Shown here one piece after another: positions 55,167-63,993 of a stretch of DNA of 64,000 bases. The notes under the pieces were generated by a model. It saw only the letters and a program-made list of their open reading frames with translations, ran no database searches and had not been told where the DNA came from. The translations under genes were made by a program, and so were the position numbers. The DNA is from an uncultured virus (IMG/VR IMGVR_UViG_3300036712_000025) (lineage: Duplodnaviria; Heunggongvirae; Uroviricota; Caudoviricetes): IMG/VR virus record IMGVR_UViG_3300036712_000025; one strand, given 5' to 3'. Positions within the stretch are counted from its first letter, which is position 1; each line of letters begins with the position of its first letter.

Positions 55167-56264
55167 CTACTCGTCGTAGTCCGGCTCGGCGTCGTCACCG
55201 TACTCGCCGGCGTGCTTGTCGGCATCCTCCTCGCGGTACGGGTTCCTGATCTTCAAGATCTTGGCCTGCCACTCGAACGGGTCGGGGGCGAAGACCTTCT
55301 TGAAGTTCCAGGGCTTGGCCATCTCCTCCAGCTCCTCGTCCAGCTCGCACGCCTTCCAGCGCGGGATCTGGATGGTGGAGTTGGTGCCCTCACCCTGACG
55401 CTTGATCTCCAGCTCGCAGTCGAAGATCGACAGCGGCTCGGGGTCCTGGCACTTGTCGCACTCGGTCTGCTTCAGGGGGTAGTCCCTCTTCTTGCACTCC
55501 GGGCACTCCTGCTTGCGGGCGACGTAGGACGCGATGCCCTTGTCGTCCAGCTCGCACGTGGCGAGATCGAGCAGGGGGTGACCGCAGTTGGGGCACTCGT
55601 AGGCCACGTCCTCGAGCCGGCCCTCGCCGCAGTTGGCGCAGTCCTTCTCGATCTCGTTGACGAACCCCGCGAGGTCCTGGAGGTGGCCGGAGCCGATGCT
55701 CCAGTGGACCTTCTTGCCGAAGACCTTCTCCAGATCCTCCTTGCAGTACTTGCAGCGGCGGCCCTCGCAGAGGACCTTCCGCATCACCTGCTCGCCCTGG
55801 CGATCACCCTTCTTGTAGGTGATCGGCTTGCCCTGGTCGTCGAAGACGGGCTCAAGGTGGTACCAGGCCAGGTGGATGCCGTTGAACGCGTGCATCAGGC
55901 GCCAGGACACGTCCTCGGCACCGTTGTCGCGCTCCTGGCAGGCGAGGCACTTCCCGCCGACCGTCGTGAGCTCACCATCCACGATCTGGTACTGCTTGCT
56001 GCAGATGCAACTCCGGTTGGACCGGGCCGCGTAGTGCTCCACGTAGGGGTAGTACTCGTTCTCCTCCCCCTCCAGGCCGATGTAGTTGCCCGGCAGAAGA
56101 CGGAGCTTCGTGGTGACGTTCTGGGGCGGCTTCCACCGGCCGTTCCACCGGATGGAGAGGGCGTAACCACCGCCACCGCCGGAGCTCTCGCTCCTCCTGG
56201 TGGAGTAGCCACTGACCCTTTGCCCGAAGGATGATCGTTTCCTGCTAGCGGAGTATCGCGCCAT
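55167..56264 (-). CDS. Putative single-stranded DNA-binding protein (gp32-like), Cys-rich
   Basis: LRLLPG...VEHY...C, EIKRQGEGTNST, acidic C-terminal tail; located between primase and polymerase. Confidence 0.65.
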   Translation of the reverse strand: MARYSASRKRSSFGQRVSGYSTRRSESSGGGGGYALSIRWNGRWKPPQNVTTKLRLLPGNYIGLEGEENEYYPYVEHYAARSNRSCICSKQYQIVDGELTTVGGKCLACQERDNGAEDVSWRLMHAFNGIHLAWYHLEPVFDDQGKPITYKKGDRQGEQVMRKVLCEGRRCKYCKEDLEKVFGKKVHWSIGSGHLQDLAGFVNEIEKDCANCGEGRLEDVAYECPNCGHPLLDLATCELDDKGIASYVARKQECPECKKRDYPLKQTECDKCQDPEPLSIFDCELEIKRQGEGTNSTIQIPRWKACELDEELEEMAKPWNFKKVFAPDPFEWQAKILKIRNPYREEDADKHAGEYGDDAEPDYDE

Positions 56265-57249
56265 TTCTTTGCCTCCAAAAGTGCCAGTTCTCTGCGGCGT
56301 CTAAGACCCCTAGTATGTCTGGCTGATCGAGGTTGTCTGGTTGCGCATTTTCGTCGCACCACTCTGGGTAGTCGACAGCTAGAACCTTCAGCCCCCGCTT
56401 GCGGAGCCTCCGGCCCGTGTCAAAGGTTCCCTCCTTCCCCGCCTGGTTGTTGTCCAAGAACAGGATCACCGTGACCCCAAGGCGGCTGAGGACACTCTCC
56501 TGTGCTTGGGTCATGCGGCTGCCTTGCAGAGCCACCACATTGTCAATCTCGTGCTGGAGCAGCCAGATGCACGCCTTGTAACCCTCTACGATGATCACTG
56601 TATCAAGATCTTCGAAGAAAGCAACAGGGTACACGTTGTGCATGTTCCACAGAAAGTGGTGGTTCTTGATGTCATACCGCTCATAGCGGGCCTTGACTTC
56701 GGCGTCATCGGGCGCGTACTTGAGCAAGTCCGGGGACTTATACACCTTGTAACGCGGGTACTCATCGATGACGGTCCTGCCGTTGATTCCGACCAGGTTC
56801 CCGTGGAGATCGCGGATGGGAAACGTGATCCGCATCTCCTCCTTGTCGAAGCCTATTTCTAGACGTTCTAGGAGTTCCTTGTCGAAGCCGGCCTTGACCA
56901 GGTCGAGCGGGAGGTACTTGAACACACCCAGCAGGCCCTCGTTCAGGGTGTGCTCTCCCAGACCTGAGTAGGTCTCCCTCTTCCGCCGCTTCGGTGTGCG
57001 CCGCTCGAGTTCCAGGGCGGAGTCGATGATGGCGCTGGGCGTGCCCATCCTCTTCAGGAACTGGACAAAAGTTCCCTTGGCATGGCACGTGTGGCAGTAG
57101 AACAGGCCGTTCTCGAGGTTCATGTAGAACGACGGCTTCTTCTCCATGCCACCCTTGTGGAATGGACAGGGTCCTCCGATGTTGTTTGGGCCAGACGACT
57201 TCACGTACCGCAGATGCCGCTTGGCCTCTTGGTAGACGACGTCTCTCAT
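56245..57249 (-). CDS. dnaG: DnaG-type primase
   Basis: CPFH...PSF...FYCHTC Zn finger; RITFPIRD...GR; TOPRIM IIVEGY, FLDNNQAG. Confidence 0.9.
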   Translation of the reverse strand: MRDVVYQEAKRHLRYVKSSGPNNIGGPCPFHKGGMEKKPSFYMNLENGLFYCHTCHAKGTFVQFLKRMGTPSAIIDSALELERRTPKRRKRETYSGLGEHTLNEGLLGVFKYLPLDLVKAGFDKELLERLEIGFDKEEMRITFPIRDLHGNLVGINGRTVIDEYPRYKVYKSPDLLKYAPDDAEVKARYERYDIKNHHFLWNMHNVYPVAFFEDLDTVIIVEGYKACIWLLQHEIDNVVALQGSRMTQAQESVLSRLGVTVILFLDNNQAGKEGTFDTGRRLRKRGLKVLAVDYPEWCDENAQPDNLDQPDILGVLDAAENWHFWRQRNGAILR

Positions 57250-58742
57250 ACCCTTCTCGAGCGTGAGAAGGCGTCGGCGGCGAGCGCACCCATCTCGGCC
57301 TTGCTCTTGGGTACGGGCTTCTCGCCGCTGTCCTTGTCAGCCACTTTGAGGAAGTCCTTGATGTCACGGTAGTCGTTGAAGACCACCGGCACCTCGTAGG
57401 GCTCCTTGGTCTCCGGGTCCAGCATGATGACCCCAGCCTCGTCACGGGCCAGCATCATCATCTGATCGAAGTCGGTAGCCGCGCAGCCATTGATGGCGAA
57501 CCCGGTGAGGTTGATCTCCCTAGCACCGGTGATGGCCAGCGCCAGCTCGTTGATCTCGTCGGTGATCTTCTTCTTGAGAATCTCCACCGCCAGGTCGCAG
57601 TCCATCCCGTAGGAGTCGGAGAAGGAGATGTTGGCCACGCTCTGGCCCTTCCTCTCCTCGCTGTCCCGCTTGGCCTGGGTGGTGCCCACCAGGGGCTTCT
57701 GGGTGTCCAGGGCCAGGTCCTTCAGGTCCTGGGTGATGGCCGACTGGTCGTCCCACTTGACCGATCGCTTGCCGGCCCGGTCGTTCCGCATCAGGTAGAG
57801 GGCGTCCGCCCCGATCAGGTCCGGCCCATGGTCCTCCACCTTCTGGCGCAGGCCCATGACGCCGCCGCCCTTCGGGTCCTCCCGGTCGCTGGTGATGATC
57901 AGGCTCTTGTTGTGCCCGGTCTCCAGCGTGCACACCTCCTCATCGTCCACCATCCCATCCATCAGGGTGTAGAACCGATCCTCCATGGTCCCACCCTCCG
58001 GCACGGCGATGTCGGCGAGGGTGCCGTTCTTGTAGGCGCTGTAGGGAGCGCCGATCAGGATGCAGATGCTGCGGTCCATCATCTGCTGTGGTGTCATCTC
58101 CCTGGTGTAGATGAGCACCCTACGGCTGGCGTAGTCGTAGGCGTGGCAGCAGATCTTCAGGAGCAGCCAGGTCTTCATGGACTTGGGACGTCCGTAGAAG
58201 AGGACGAACTCCCCAGGCAGCATGCCCTGGGTGTGCTCGTTCAGCGTGGGCCACGGGTAGGGGATCCCCATGATCCCGTCCCGGTCTCTGTTCTGCTCAT
58301 ACCGCGCCATGGCCTCCTTCAGGGAGGATGACACCACGATGTCCCTGCTGGTCCGCTTGAGCTTGGTTAGCTCTCGGTACTTCCTCCCGATCATGTCCAG
58401 CACCACGTCGGGCTTGTCCAGGTAGTCGTTGATCTCGTCGGACAACGTGGTGAGCTCGGTGTTGATGTGCTGGTCCTGGAACCGCTTGAGCACTGCGGAC
58501 AAGCTGGGGCGGTCCTCCGGTGGGAGGTTGACCTTGGGGAAGGTGTCCTCGAGCAGCTCCCGAGTTGGCACCTCCCCCGTGGTCTTGTTCCCCCTGTAGT
58601 ACTTGACGATGAACTTCCAGATGGCCAGGCCATCCTGGGTGTGGAAGTGATCGGTCTCTACGCCCGCGTCCAGGACGGGGCGTAGCTCACCGGTGTCTGC
58701 GATCTTGGATAGTAGTAGAAGCTCTTCGTGTGCTCCCATCAT
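57246..58742 (-). CDS. dnaB: DnaB-like (SF4) replicative helicase
   Basis: GIPYPWPTLNEHTQGMLPGE, GRPKSMKT, TREM, DALYLM, TTQAKR, SDSYGMDCD. Confidence 0.85.
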   Translation of the reverse strand: MMGAHEELLLLSKIADTGELRPVLDAGVETDHFHTQDGLAIWKFIVKYYRGNKTTGEVPTRELLEDTFPKVNLPPEDRPSLSAVLKRFQDQHINTELTTLSDEINDYLDKPDVVLDMIGRKYRELTKLKRTSRDIVVSSSLKEAMARYEQNRDRDGIMGIPYPWPTLNEHTQGMLPGEFVLFYGRPKSMKTWLLLKICCHAYDYASRRVLIYTREMTPQQMMDRSICILIGAPYSAYKNGTLADIAVPEGGTMEDRFYTLMDGMVDDEEVCTLETGHNKSLIITSDREDPKGGGVMGLRQKVEDHGPDLIGADALYLMRNDRAGKRSVKWDDQSAITQDLKDLALDTQKPLVGTTQAKRDSEERKGQSVANISFSDSYGMDCDLAVEILKKKITDEINELALAITGAREINLTGFAINGCAATDFDQMMMLARDEAGVIMLDPETKEPYEVPVVFNDYRDIKDFLKVADKDSGEKPVPKSKAEMGALAADAFSRSRRV

Positions 58743-59080
58743 CCCTCCTTGCCTTCAAGCCAGATGATCCCGCCTTTGGTGTAGATGCGCTTGCGGTGTT
58801 TGCGTGTTCCTTTTACCGCCGTCATGCTCAAAGTGTCGGGGTCGATCTCGACGCAGAGGTTATAGCGATCGGACCAACTGAGCTTGCCCTCGACTACCTC
58901 ACCCCGACGGTCGCATAGGGTGATCACTGACCCCACCATCCGGCGGATGGTTGAGTGCCAGTTGTCGTGGACATTCAGTAGATCCTTGAGGGCACGGACG
59001 TCCTTCTCGAGCCGTTCGAAGCGATCCTTGAGGCTTTGGAGCCGCTTCGACAGCCCCTCCAGTGACAGTTTCACAGGCAT
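58739..59080 (-). CDS. Coiled coil plus Hfq/Sm-like domain protein
   Basis: VITLCDRRGEVVEGKLSWSDRYNLCVE...IYTKGGI resembles Sm1/Sm2 motifs. Confidence 0.6.
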   Translation of the reverse strand: MPVKLSLEGLSKRLQSLKDRFERLEKDVRALKDLLNVHDNWHSTIRRMVGSVITLCDRRGEVVEGKLSWSDRYNLCVEIDPDTLSMTAVKGTRKHRKRIYTKGGIIWLEGKEG

Positions 59081-59104
59081 GTATTCTCCGAGGGCAGGGT
59101 ATCG

Positions 59105-59133
59105 AGCATGGCTTGACCAAACGCTACTGACAA
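59105..59133 (-). promoter_or_regulatory. Sigma-70-like promoter of the replisome operon
   Basis: TTGTCA (59133-59128), 17-nt spacer, CATGCT (59110-59105) on the - strand. Confidence 0.55.
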
Positions 59134-59134
59134 G

Positions 59135-59181
59135 CCGCTAGATATGGGCCAAACCCGATACCGAACCACAACATGTTGTGG
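59135..59181. promoter_or_regulatory. Tandem NrdR-like boxes
   Basis: CCGCTAGATATGGGCC (59135-59150) and the palindromic CCACAACATGTTGTGG (59166-59181), 31 bp apart. Confidence 0.65.
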
Positions 59182-60306
59182 TTACGCGCTAGCCCTCTGG
59201 AGAACGCGGCCGGCGAGTGCCTCGAACTCGAACCGCTTGTCCATGTCGTCGTAGTCCTGCGCTGCCCTGGTGATCGCCTGGACCATGCCGTAGCCGGTCT
59301 TCAGCGGCTCCTTGGCGAATGCCTTGATCGCGGCGTCGCGGAAGTGCTTCGGGGCCTCGAGCTTCTTCAGCTCGTCCTCGAGGAAGTTCTCGGGGTGCTC
59401 GATGATGACGGCCTGGGAATCGGTGAGCAGCCTGCGGGTCTTCTCCCAGCGCAGCGGGGCCTTCTCGAAGACCTGGTTGAACTGGGCGTCGAGAGCGGCG
59501 TCCTCGATGGGGACGTGGCGCCGGTAGAGCAGGCGGGAATCGCCGGTCGTGATCATCATACCGTTCAAGCAGACGAGCCTGAAGGAGAACTCGTCGATGA
59601 TCACGGCGGTGTAGCCGACCTCGGAGTTGCGCATGGTGTAGCCGGGGTACACGATGTCGTCCTTCGGGAGCGCCCCTTCGCGTTCCGCGATGTCGTAGAT
59701 GTGGCGCACCTCGGGGTCGGGGTGCTTGCGGTCGATGGCGCCCATGTTGATGGGCTGCCCGACCATCGTGTAGTACTGGCAATGGTCGTTGCCCCACCGG
59801 GACCTCTTGGACAGGTGCTTGTCCATGAAGCTGATCGTGTCGAGCTGGCCGATGAACTTCTTCTCCAGCCGGTCGAAGATGCGCTCGTCATCGATGGGGT
59901 GGTAGGTCGGCGACAGCACCGCGCGTAGGTAGCCGTCGCAGTTGGGCACGCCAGGGGAGCCCTCCTTGAAGCGGTTGGTCCTGAGCTTCCGCTGGTCCTG
60001 GGTCTTGGAGAACCTGCGCTGCAGCTCCTGCTGGATCTCCTCGGCCTTGACCAGCTTCGGGTCGAACCACTTGCCCCACTGGACGCCGAGGATGGACCCC
60101 AGCTGCTTCTGCGCCCAGTCCGTCATCTTGAAGGTCCCCGTGCCGGGGATCTCCACGTTGAGCTCCGGAGTGATGCGCATGCGTTCCATCTCCAGAGTGA
60201 CGTCCGGGTTCTTGAGCGCGGAGGCTGCCGCCACCTGCTCCCTGACGTCGTTAAACTTGCGGAGCTTCTTCGTCTGCTCCAAGCTGAGACCATTCATCAT
60301 CTTCAC
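59182..60306 (-). CDS. DUF932-like protein
   Basis: TDWAQKQL, LRAVLSPTY, RNSEVG...FRLVCLNGM. Confidence 0.7.
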   Translation of the reverse strand: MKMMNGLSLEQTKKLRKFNDVREQVAAASALKNPDVTLEMERMRITPELNVEIPGTGTFKMTDWAQKQLGSILGVQWGKWFDPKLVKAEEIQQELQRRFSKTQDQRKLRTNRFKEGSPGVPNCDGYLRAVLSPTYHPIDDERIFDRLEKKFIGQLDTISFMDKHLSKRSRWGNDHCQYYTMVGQPINMGAIDRKHPDPEVRHIYDIAEREGALPKDDIVYPGYTMRNSEVGYTAVIIDEFSFRLVCLNGMMITTGDSRLLYRRHVPIEDAALDAQFNQVFEKAPLRWEKTRRLLTDSQAVIIEHPENFLEDELKKLEAPKHFRDAAIKAFAKEPLKTGYGMVQAITRAAQDYDDMDKRFEFEALAGRVLQRASA

Positions 60307-60586
60307 CCTCTATACCGGCTGTCTCCTCAAAGTGCCGGGGCAAAAGGTCCTGTTCCATGGAATCGATCAGGGCACGTAGCAGCTTCATCGTTGATTCGGA
60401 CCAGTTGGTGGTGTAGGCGCTGCACTGCCCATGCGTCTCTTGAAGCACGTCGTTCCCGGTGGGTAGCTTCTCCAACCTCCCAAGGGCGTACTTGGCGTCC
60501 ATGGTGATCGGCGTGCTGGGTAGGTTCTTGATGGTGACCTCCGCTACGTGGAGGCCGTTGATCTTGCACCTGCTGGCGGACTTCAT
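60251..60586 (-). CDS. Hypothetical protein
   Basis: ATG at 60586 directly after the upstream stop. Confidence 0.7.
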   Translation of the reverse strand: MKSASRCKINGLHVAEVTIKNLPSTPITMDAKYALGRLEKLPTGNDVLQETHGQCSAYTTNWSESTMKLLRALIDSMEQDLLPRHFEETAGIEGEDDEWSQLGADEEAPQV

Positions 60587-60590
60587 GATG

Positions 60591-60965
60591 CTACCGCCGG
60601 CGGCTGGGGTGGTCAGACCGGATGTCGTCGTTCTTCTCGAAGTCCTCGAGGTAGATCCGCATCTCCTCCGCACCCTCGTACGACATGTTCTCGGCCATGC
60701 GCGCTACTTCCTCGCAGGCCGCCCGGATCTCGTCTTCGGACTGGCCGCAGACGACGCTGACGTTGACCGTGCTCTCGATCGTCAAGCCGCCCTTCTGCCC
60801 GCTGAACCATTCCTTGAAGCCGCGGGTGGCACTCACCCTGGCGTTGCCGTCTCCCAGGGGAAGCTCGGTGCTCTTCGTGCCCTTCATCTCCTTCCTCCTT
60901 TCTTCCCGCTCGTCGTACTTGTTGTAGACCCTGGCGGTCCCGTCGTATGTGACCTGGGCCTTCAC
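60591..60965 (-). CDS. Hypothetical protein
   Basis: GTGA overlap with the upstream gene; 124 aa. Confidence 0.7.
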   Translation of the reverse strand: MKAQVTYDGTARVYNKYDEREERRKEMKGTKSTELPLGDGNARVSATRGFKEWFSGQKGGLTIESTVNVSVVCGQSEDEIRAACEEVARMAENMSYEGAEEMRIYLEDFEKNDDIRSDHPSRRR

Positions 60966-61441
60966 TCGAGCACCGGAAGAGCGGGGATGACGTAGGGTTT
61001 CGGGGTGCCGGGCAGGTTGGCTGGGTTCTGCTCGTCTTCGTGGTAGGCCTGCTCCACGATCTCGTTGTCGATCTCACCCTGCCGCATCATCTGCTCGAGT
61101 ACCTCTCTGTTGACTTCGTAGATGACACGTTCGGTGAGGACCAGGTCCGACTGCTCGGCAGGCAGTGCCTTGGCCAGGTGGTCGGCATCGTAGTACCGCT
61201 TCCACTTCTTCTGGGCACCGAGGCCGTCGATGATCAGCTTGTCCTGGTCCAGGCTGCGCAGCTCGCTCTTGATGGCGCGCATGGCCTGGTCCAGCGTCTG
61301 GTTGTGCTCCTTGACGAGGTGCTCGTGCTCGAGCATGATCTCCCGAATCTCCGGGTCGGATAGGAAATCGAGCAGAGCGTCCTTCGCCTCGTGGAAGGCG
61401 CGCACGGCCCTCTGGGCCACGGTCTCCCTGTCATTCGACAT
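60962..61441 (-). CDS. Hypothetical protein
   Basis: GAGGAG RBS; 159 aa. Confidence 0.75.
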   Translation of the reverse strand: MSNDRETVAQRAVRAFHEAKDALLDFLSDPEIREIMLEHEHLVKEHNQTLDQAMRAIKSELRSLDQDKLIIDGLGAQKKWKRYYDADHLAKALPAEQSDLVLTERVIYEVNREVLEQMMRQGEIDNEIVEQAYHEDEQNPANLPGTPKPYVIPALPVLE

Positions 61442-62117
61442 CGGCTAGCTCCTCTCGGTTGGGGCGAGGGGTCCCGTAGTAGCCCTCGCGCAGGTAGTCG
61501 ATCACGTTGCAGGCCAGTACCCAGTCCTGCATGGTCTTGCCCCACGGTCCCTCCTTCCGGATGTCGTGGGTACGGTTGAGGAAAGCGGTGTGGTACATGG
61601 GGAGCACCGCGTATCTGATCTCCGTGTGCCGCCCCTCCATGTGGAGGGTCTGCATGCGACCACGGATGCTCGCCATGGTCGGCGCCTTGCCCAGCAACAC
61701 CTGCAGGGGCACCTTGCCGATTGTGATGATCAACAGTGGGTCCACCTGGTAGATGATCTCCATCAGGCGGGGCTTGCAGGCCAACCGCTCGTCCTTGCTG
61801 GGCGGGCGGTTGTCGGTCCGCATCTCCCCGGTGCGGTCGTCGATGGACTCCAGGATAGGTCGGCAGCCTACTACGTTGGTCACGTAGAGGTCCTCCTCCC
61901 GGTTCAGGCCCACCGTCTCCAGGAACTGGTCGAGTATCTGCCCGGCGACCCCGATGAAGGGCCGGCCGGTATTGTCCTCGTTCTCACCAGGTCCCTCACC
62001 TACCACCAAGATGTCGGCATTGGGGTTGCCGCCGCCAAAGACGACGCTCTTCCTGGTCTTGGATAGCTCACACCGGTTGCAGTTGATCCATTCGTCCTTG
62101 AGGTCCCGCAGGTTCAT
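61431..62117 (-). CDS. Family 4 uracil-DNA glycosylase
   Basis: CNRCELS, VVFGGGN, VGEGPG..ED..GRPFIG.AG, TNVVGCRP, PMYH; ATG at 62117. Confidence 0.9.
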   Translation of the reverse strand: MNLRDLKDEWINCNRCELSKTRKSVVFGGGNPNADILVVGEGPGENEDNTGRPFIGVAGQILDQFLETVGLNREEDLYVTNVVGCRPILESIDDRTGEMRTDNRPPSKDERLACKPRLMEIIYQVDPLLIITIGKVPLQVLLGKAPTMASIRGRMQTLHMEGRHTEIRYAVLPMYHTAFLNRTHDIRKEGPWGKTMQDWVLACNVIDYLREGYYGTPRPNREELADVE

Positions 62118-62512
62118 AGCTTCAGGCCGTCTGCGTTGATGTTGCCTGCCAGCGTGATCCCTGCCCTCTCGGCGCGGTGCTTGAGTTCCGCACCGTCGCA
62201 CTTCTCGATCTGCCCCAGGAGTACGCCGTAGCCTTCCTTGTCCTCGTCCGGCCAGAACCAGGAGACCGGTCTGATGACCATGCGGATCCCACCGCGGCTG
62301 ATGCTGACAGGCGTCAGCATGTTGCTCTGGTTCACACCTTGGGGTGTGGGCAGGACGATCGTCCGCATGGCCCTCGTCTCGGTCAGGGTCAGCTCTCGTC
62401 CCGCACGCAGGTTCTCGCGGATCTCTACTTCGTCCAGGTCGGTCTTCCCCACGTAGAAGATCTGAGGTGTGCCGTCGGACACCATGATCCACCGCTCTTT
62501 CCGTTCAGTCAT
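62114..62512 (-). CDS. Hypothetical protein
   Basis: GGAGGT RBS; overlaps both neighbours by a few nt. Confidence 0.75.
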   Translation of the reverse strand: MTERKERWIMVSDGTPQIFYVGKTDLDEVEIRENLRAGRELTLTETRAMRTIVLPTPQGVNQSNMLTPVSISRGGIRMVIRPVSWFWPDEDKEGYGVLLGQIEKCDGAELKHRAERAGITLAGNINADGLKL

Positions 62513-63956
62513 TGACCACCTCCTCGGTGTAGGGGCGGAGCACCTGGAATTCCAGAGGCCCGCCCTGCTCCTCCGGCCAGTTCTTGAGTTGTCGCTTGAG
62601 GGTGCTGCACATCCGGTGGAGTTTGGGGATGTAGATGAAGTCGAGGATCACCACCACTGGTGTCTTCTTGCCTTCCCTGAACCGTTGGATCCTACCCATC
62701 CCCTGCTGGAGGGTATTGAACCCTCCCTCTTCTACCGCCGAACTGCCGAAAGCGGTCAGGAAGAACAGCGTGTCCAGCGTGTCCTCGTCCAGCGCCTCCT
62801 TCACCAGCTGGAGTGTTCCGAAGCTAAGTTGTTTGGTGCGTAACGTGACCAGGCGCGCATCTGGTTTCTCCCTTCCCGTGCAGAGTCCTGAGTCCTCAAA
62901 CAACTCGTTGAGGTTCCGTAGTTGCTGGACGCTATGACTGAGCGCCAGCACCTTCCGTCCAGCCTCGAGAGGCTTGGCGAGCTTGGTGGCGATGAACTCG
63001 TTGCACTCGGGGAGACTCCCGAGATAGTTGCGCAACCTGGGTATGCTGAGTCTTCCAGCCTTGTCGTACACCTCCCGGATCACCTCGGGGTCCCGAGTGT
63101 CGATACGGATGGGGCACTGCTGGAAGTAGATCCTCGGCTTCATGTCTTGGGAGAGGTTGCTGTGGTAGGCCTCTCCCACGTGATATTGGTAGACGGACTC
63201 GAGTCCGTCCTCTCTGTTGACCGTGGCCGTCAGGCCATGGCGCTCTCCGAAGAAGAGCGGCGCCGTCTGAACGAACAGCGGCGCGGATAGGTGGTGAACC
63301 TCATCGTAGATCACGAGGCCGAAGTAGCGGTCCATGCCTGGGGGAAGCTCCTCATGACGGAGCGCCAAGGAGTGGATCATGGCGAGACAGATACCACGAC
63401 CTTCCCAGTCCCAGGTGTCAGGCGGTCCCTGGATGATGCCCACGCCTCCGGGCACTTCCAGGAACTCCTCGATGCGGTCCCGCCACTGGTTGATCAACGT
63501 GGTGTTGTTGACCACTACCAGGGCTGGGATCTTGCGGTGTGCGATGTGATGGAGCGCGACGATGGTCTTGCCTTTGCCGCAGGCCAGGTTCAGGAGGCCC
63601 CCGGTGGCCCGCTGCATGTCGGCGAAGGCGTCGTGCTGGGTCGTCTTCTCGGGCTCCAAGAAGTCCAGGGTGATCTTGCTCTCGAAGTCCACCGGCGGGA
63701 ACGTGGTAGGTCCCGCGTTGATGATCGGGAAGTCCAGTCTCGCGTACTCCACGCGGTTCAGGAACTCCCTCGGAACGATTAGATGCTCCCCATCATCGAA
63801 CCAGAGCTGCAGGTAGCTCATGCCCTGGTCGTCTATAATGGGGAACTCCAATCCGGCCTTGATCGCCCTGGTGTTGATGCGTCGTTTCGGAAGCCAGAGC
63901 TGGCGACCGAAATATCCCTTGTCGGGATCTTTCCTGATCAGGCGGTAGGTCGCCAT
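62505..63956 (-). CDS. Superfamily 2 DExH helicase (UvsW/XPB-like)
   Basis: LACGKGKT, YDEVHH, GLTAT..REDG, QQGMGRIQR; AGGAGG RBS. Confidence 0.9.
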   Translation of the reverse strand: MATYRLIRKDPDKGYFGRQLWLPKRRINTRAIKAGLEFPIIDDQGMSYLQLWFDDGEHLIVPREFLNRVEYARLDFPIINAGPTTFPPVDFESKITLDFLEPEKTTQHDAFADMQRATGGLLNLACGKGKTIVALHHIAHRKIPALVVVNNTTLINQWRDRIEEFLEVPGGVGIIQGPPDTWDWEGRGICLAMIHSLALRHEELPPGMDRYFGLVIYDEVHHLSAPLFVQTAPLFFGERHGLTATVNREDGLESVYQYHVGEAYHSNLSQDMKPRIYFQQCPIRIDTRDPEVIREVYDKAGRLSIPRLRNYLGSLPECNEFIATKLAKPLEAGRKVLALSHSVQQLRNLNELFEDSGLCTGREKPDARLVTLRTKQLSFGTLQLVKEALDEDTLDTLFFLTAFGSSAVEEGGFNTLQQGMGRIQRFREGKKTPVVVILDFIYIPKLHRMCSTLKRQLKNWPEEQGGPLEFQVLRPYTEEVVND

Positions 63957-63966
63957 GCGCCCTCCT

Positions 63967-63993
63967 AATTGTTAGGCACCGTGCCTAACAATT
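63967..63993. repeat. Perfect 13-bp inverted repeat
   Basis: AATTGTTAGGCAC-C-GTGCCTAACAATT abutting the helicase RBS. Confidence 0.9.

Noticed and set aside
62118..62492. N-terminal extension of the UDG ORF (353 aa in the track)
   Set aside because: Overlaps the real 62114..62512 gene in another frame; UDG homology starts at ATG 62117.
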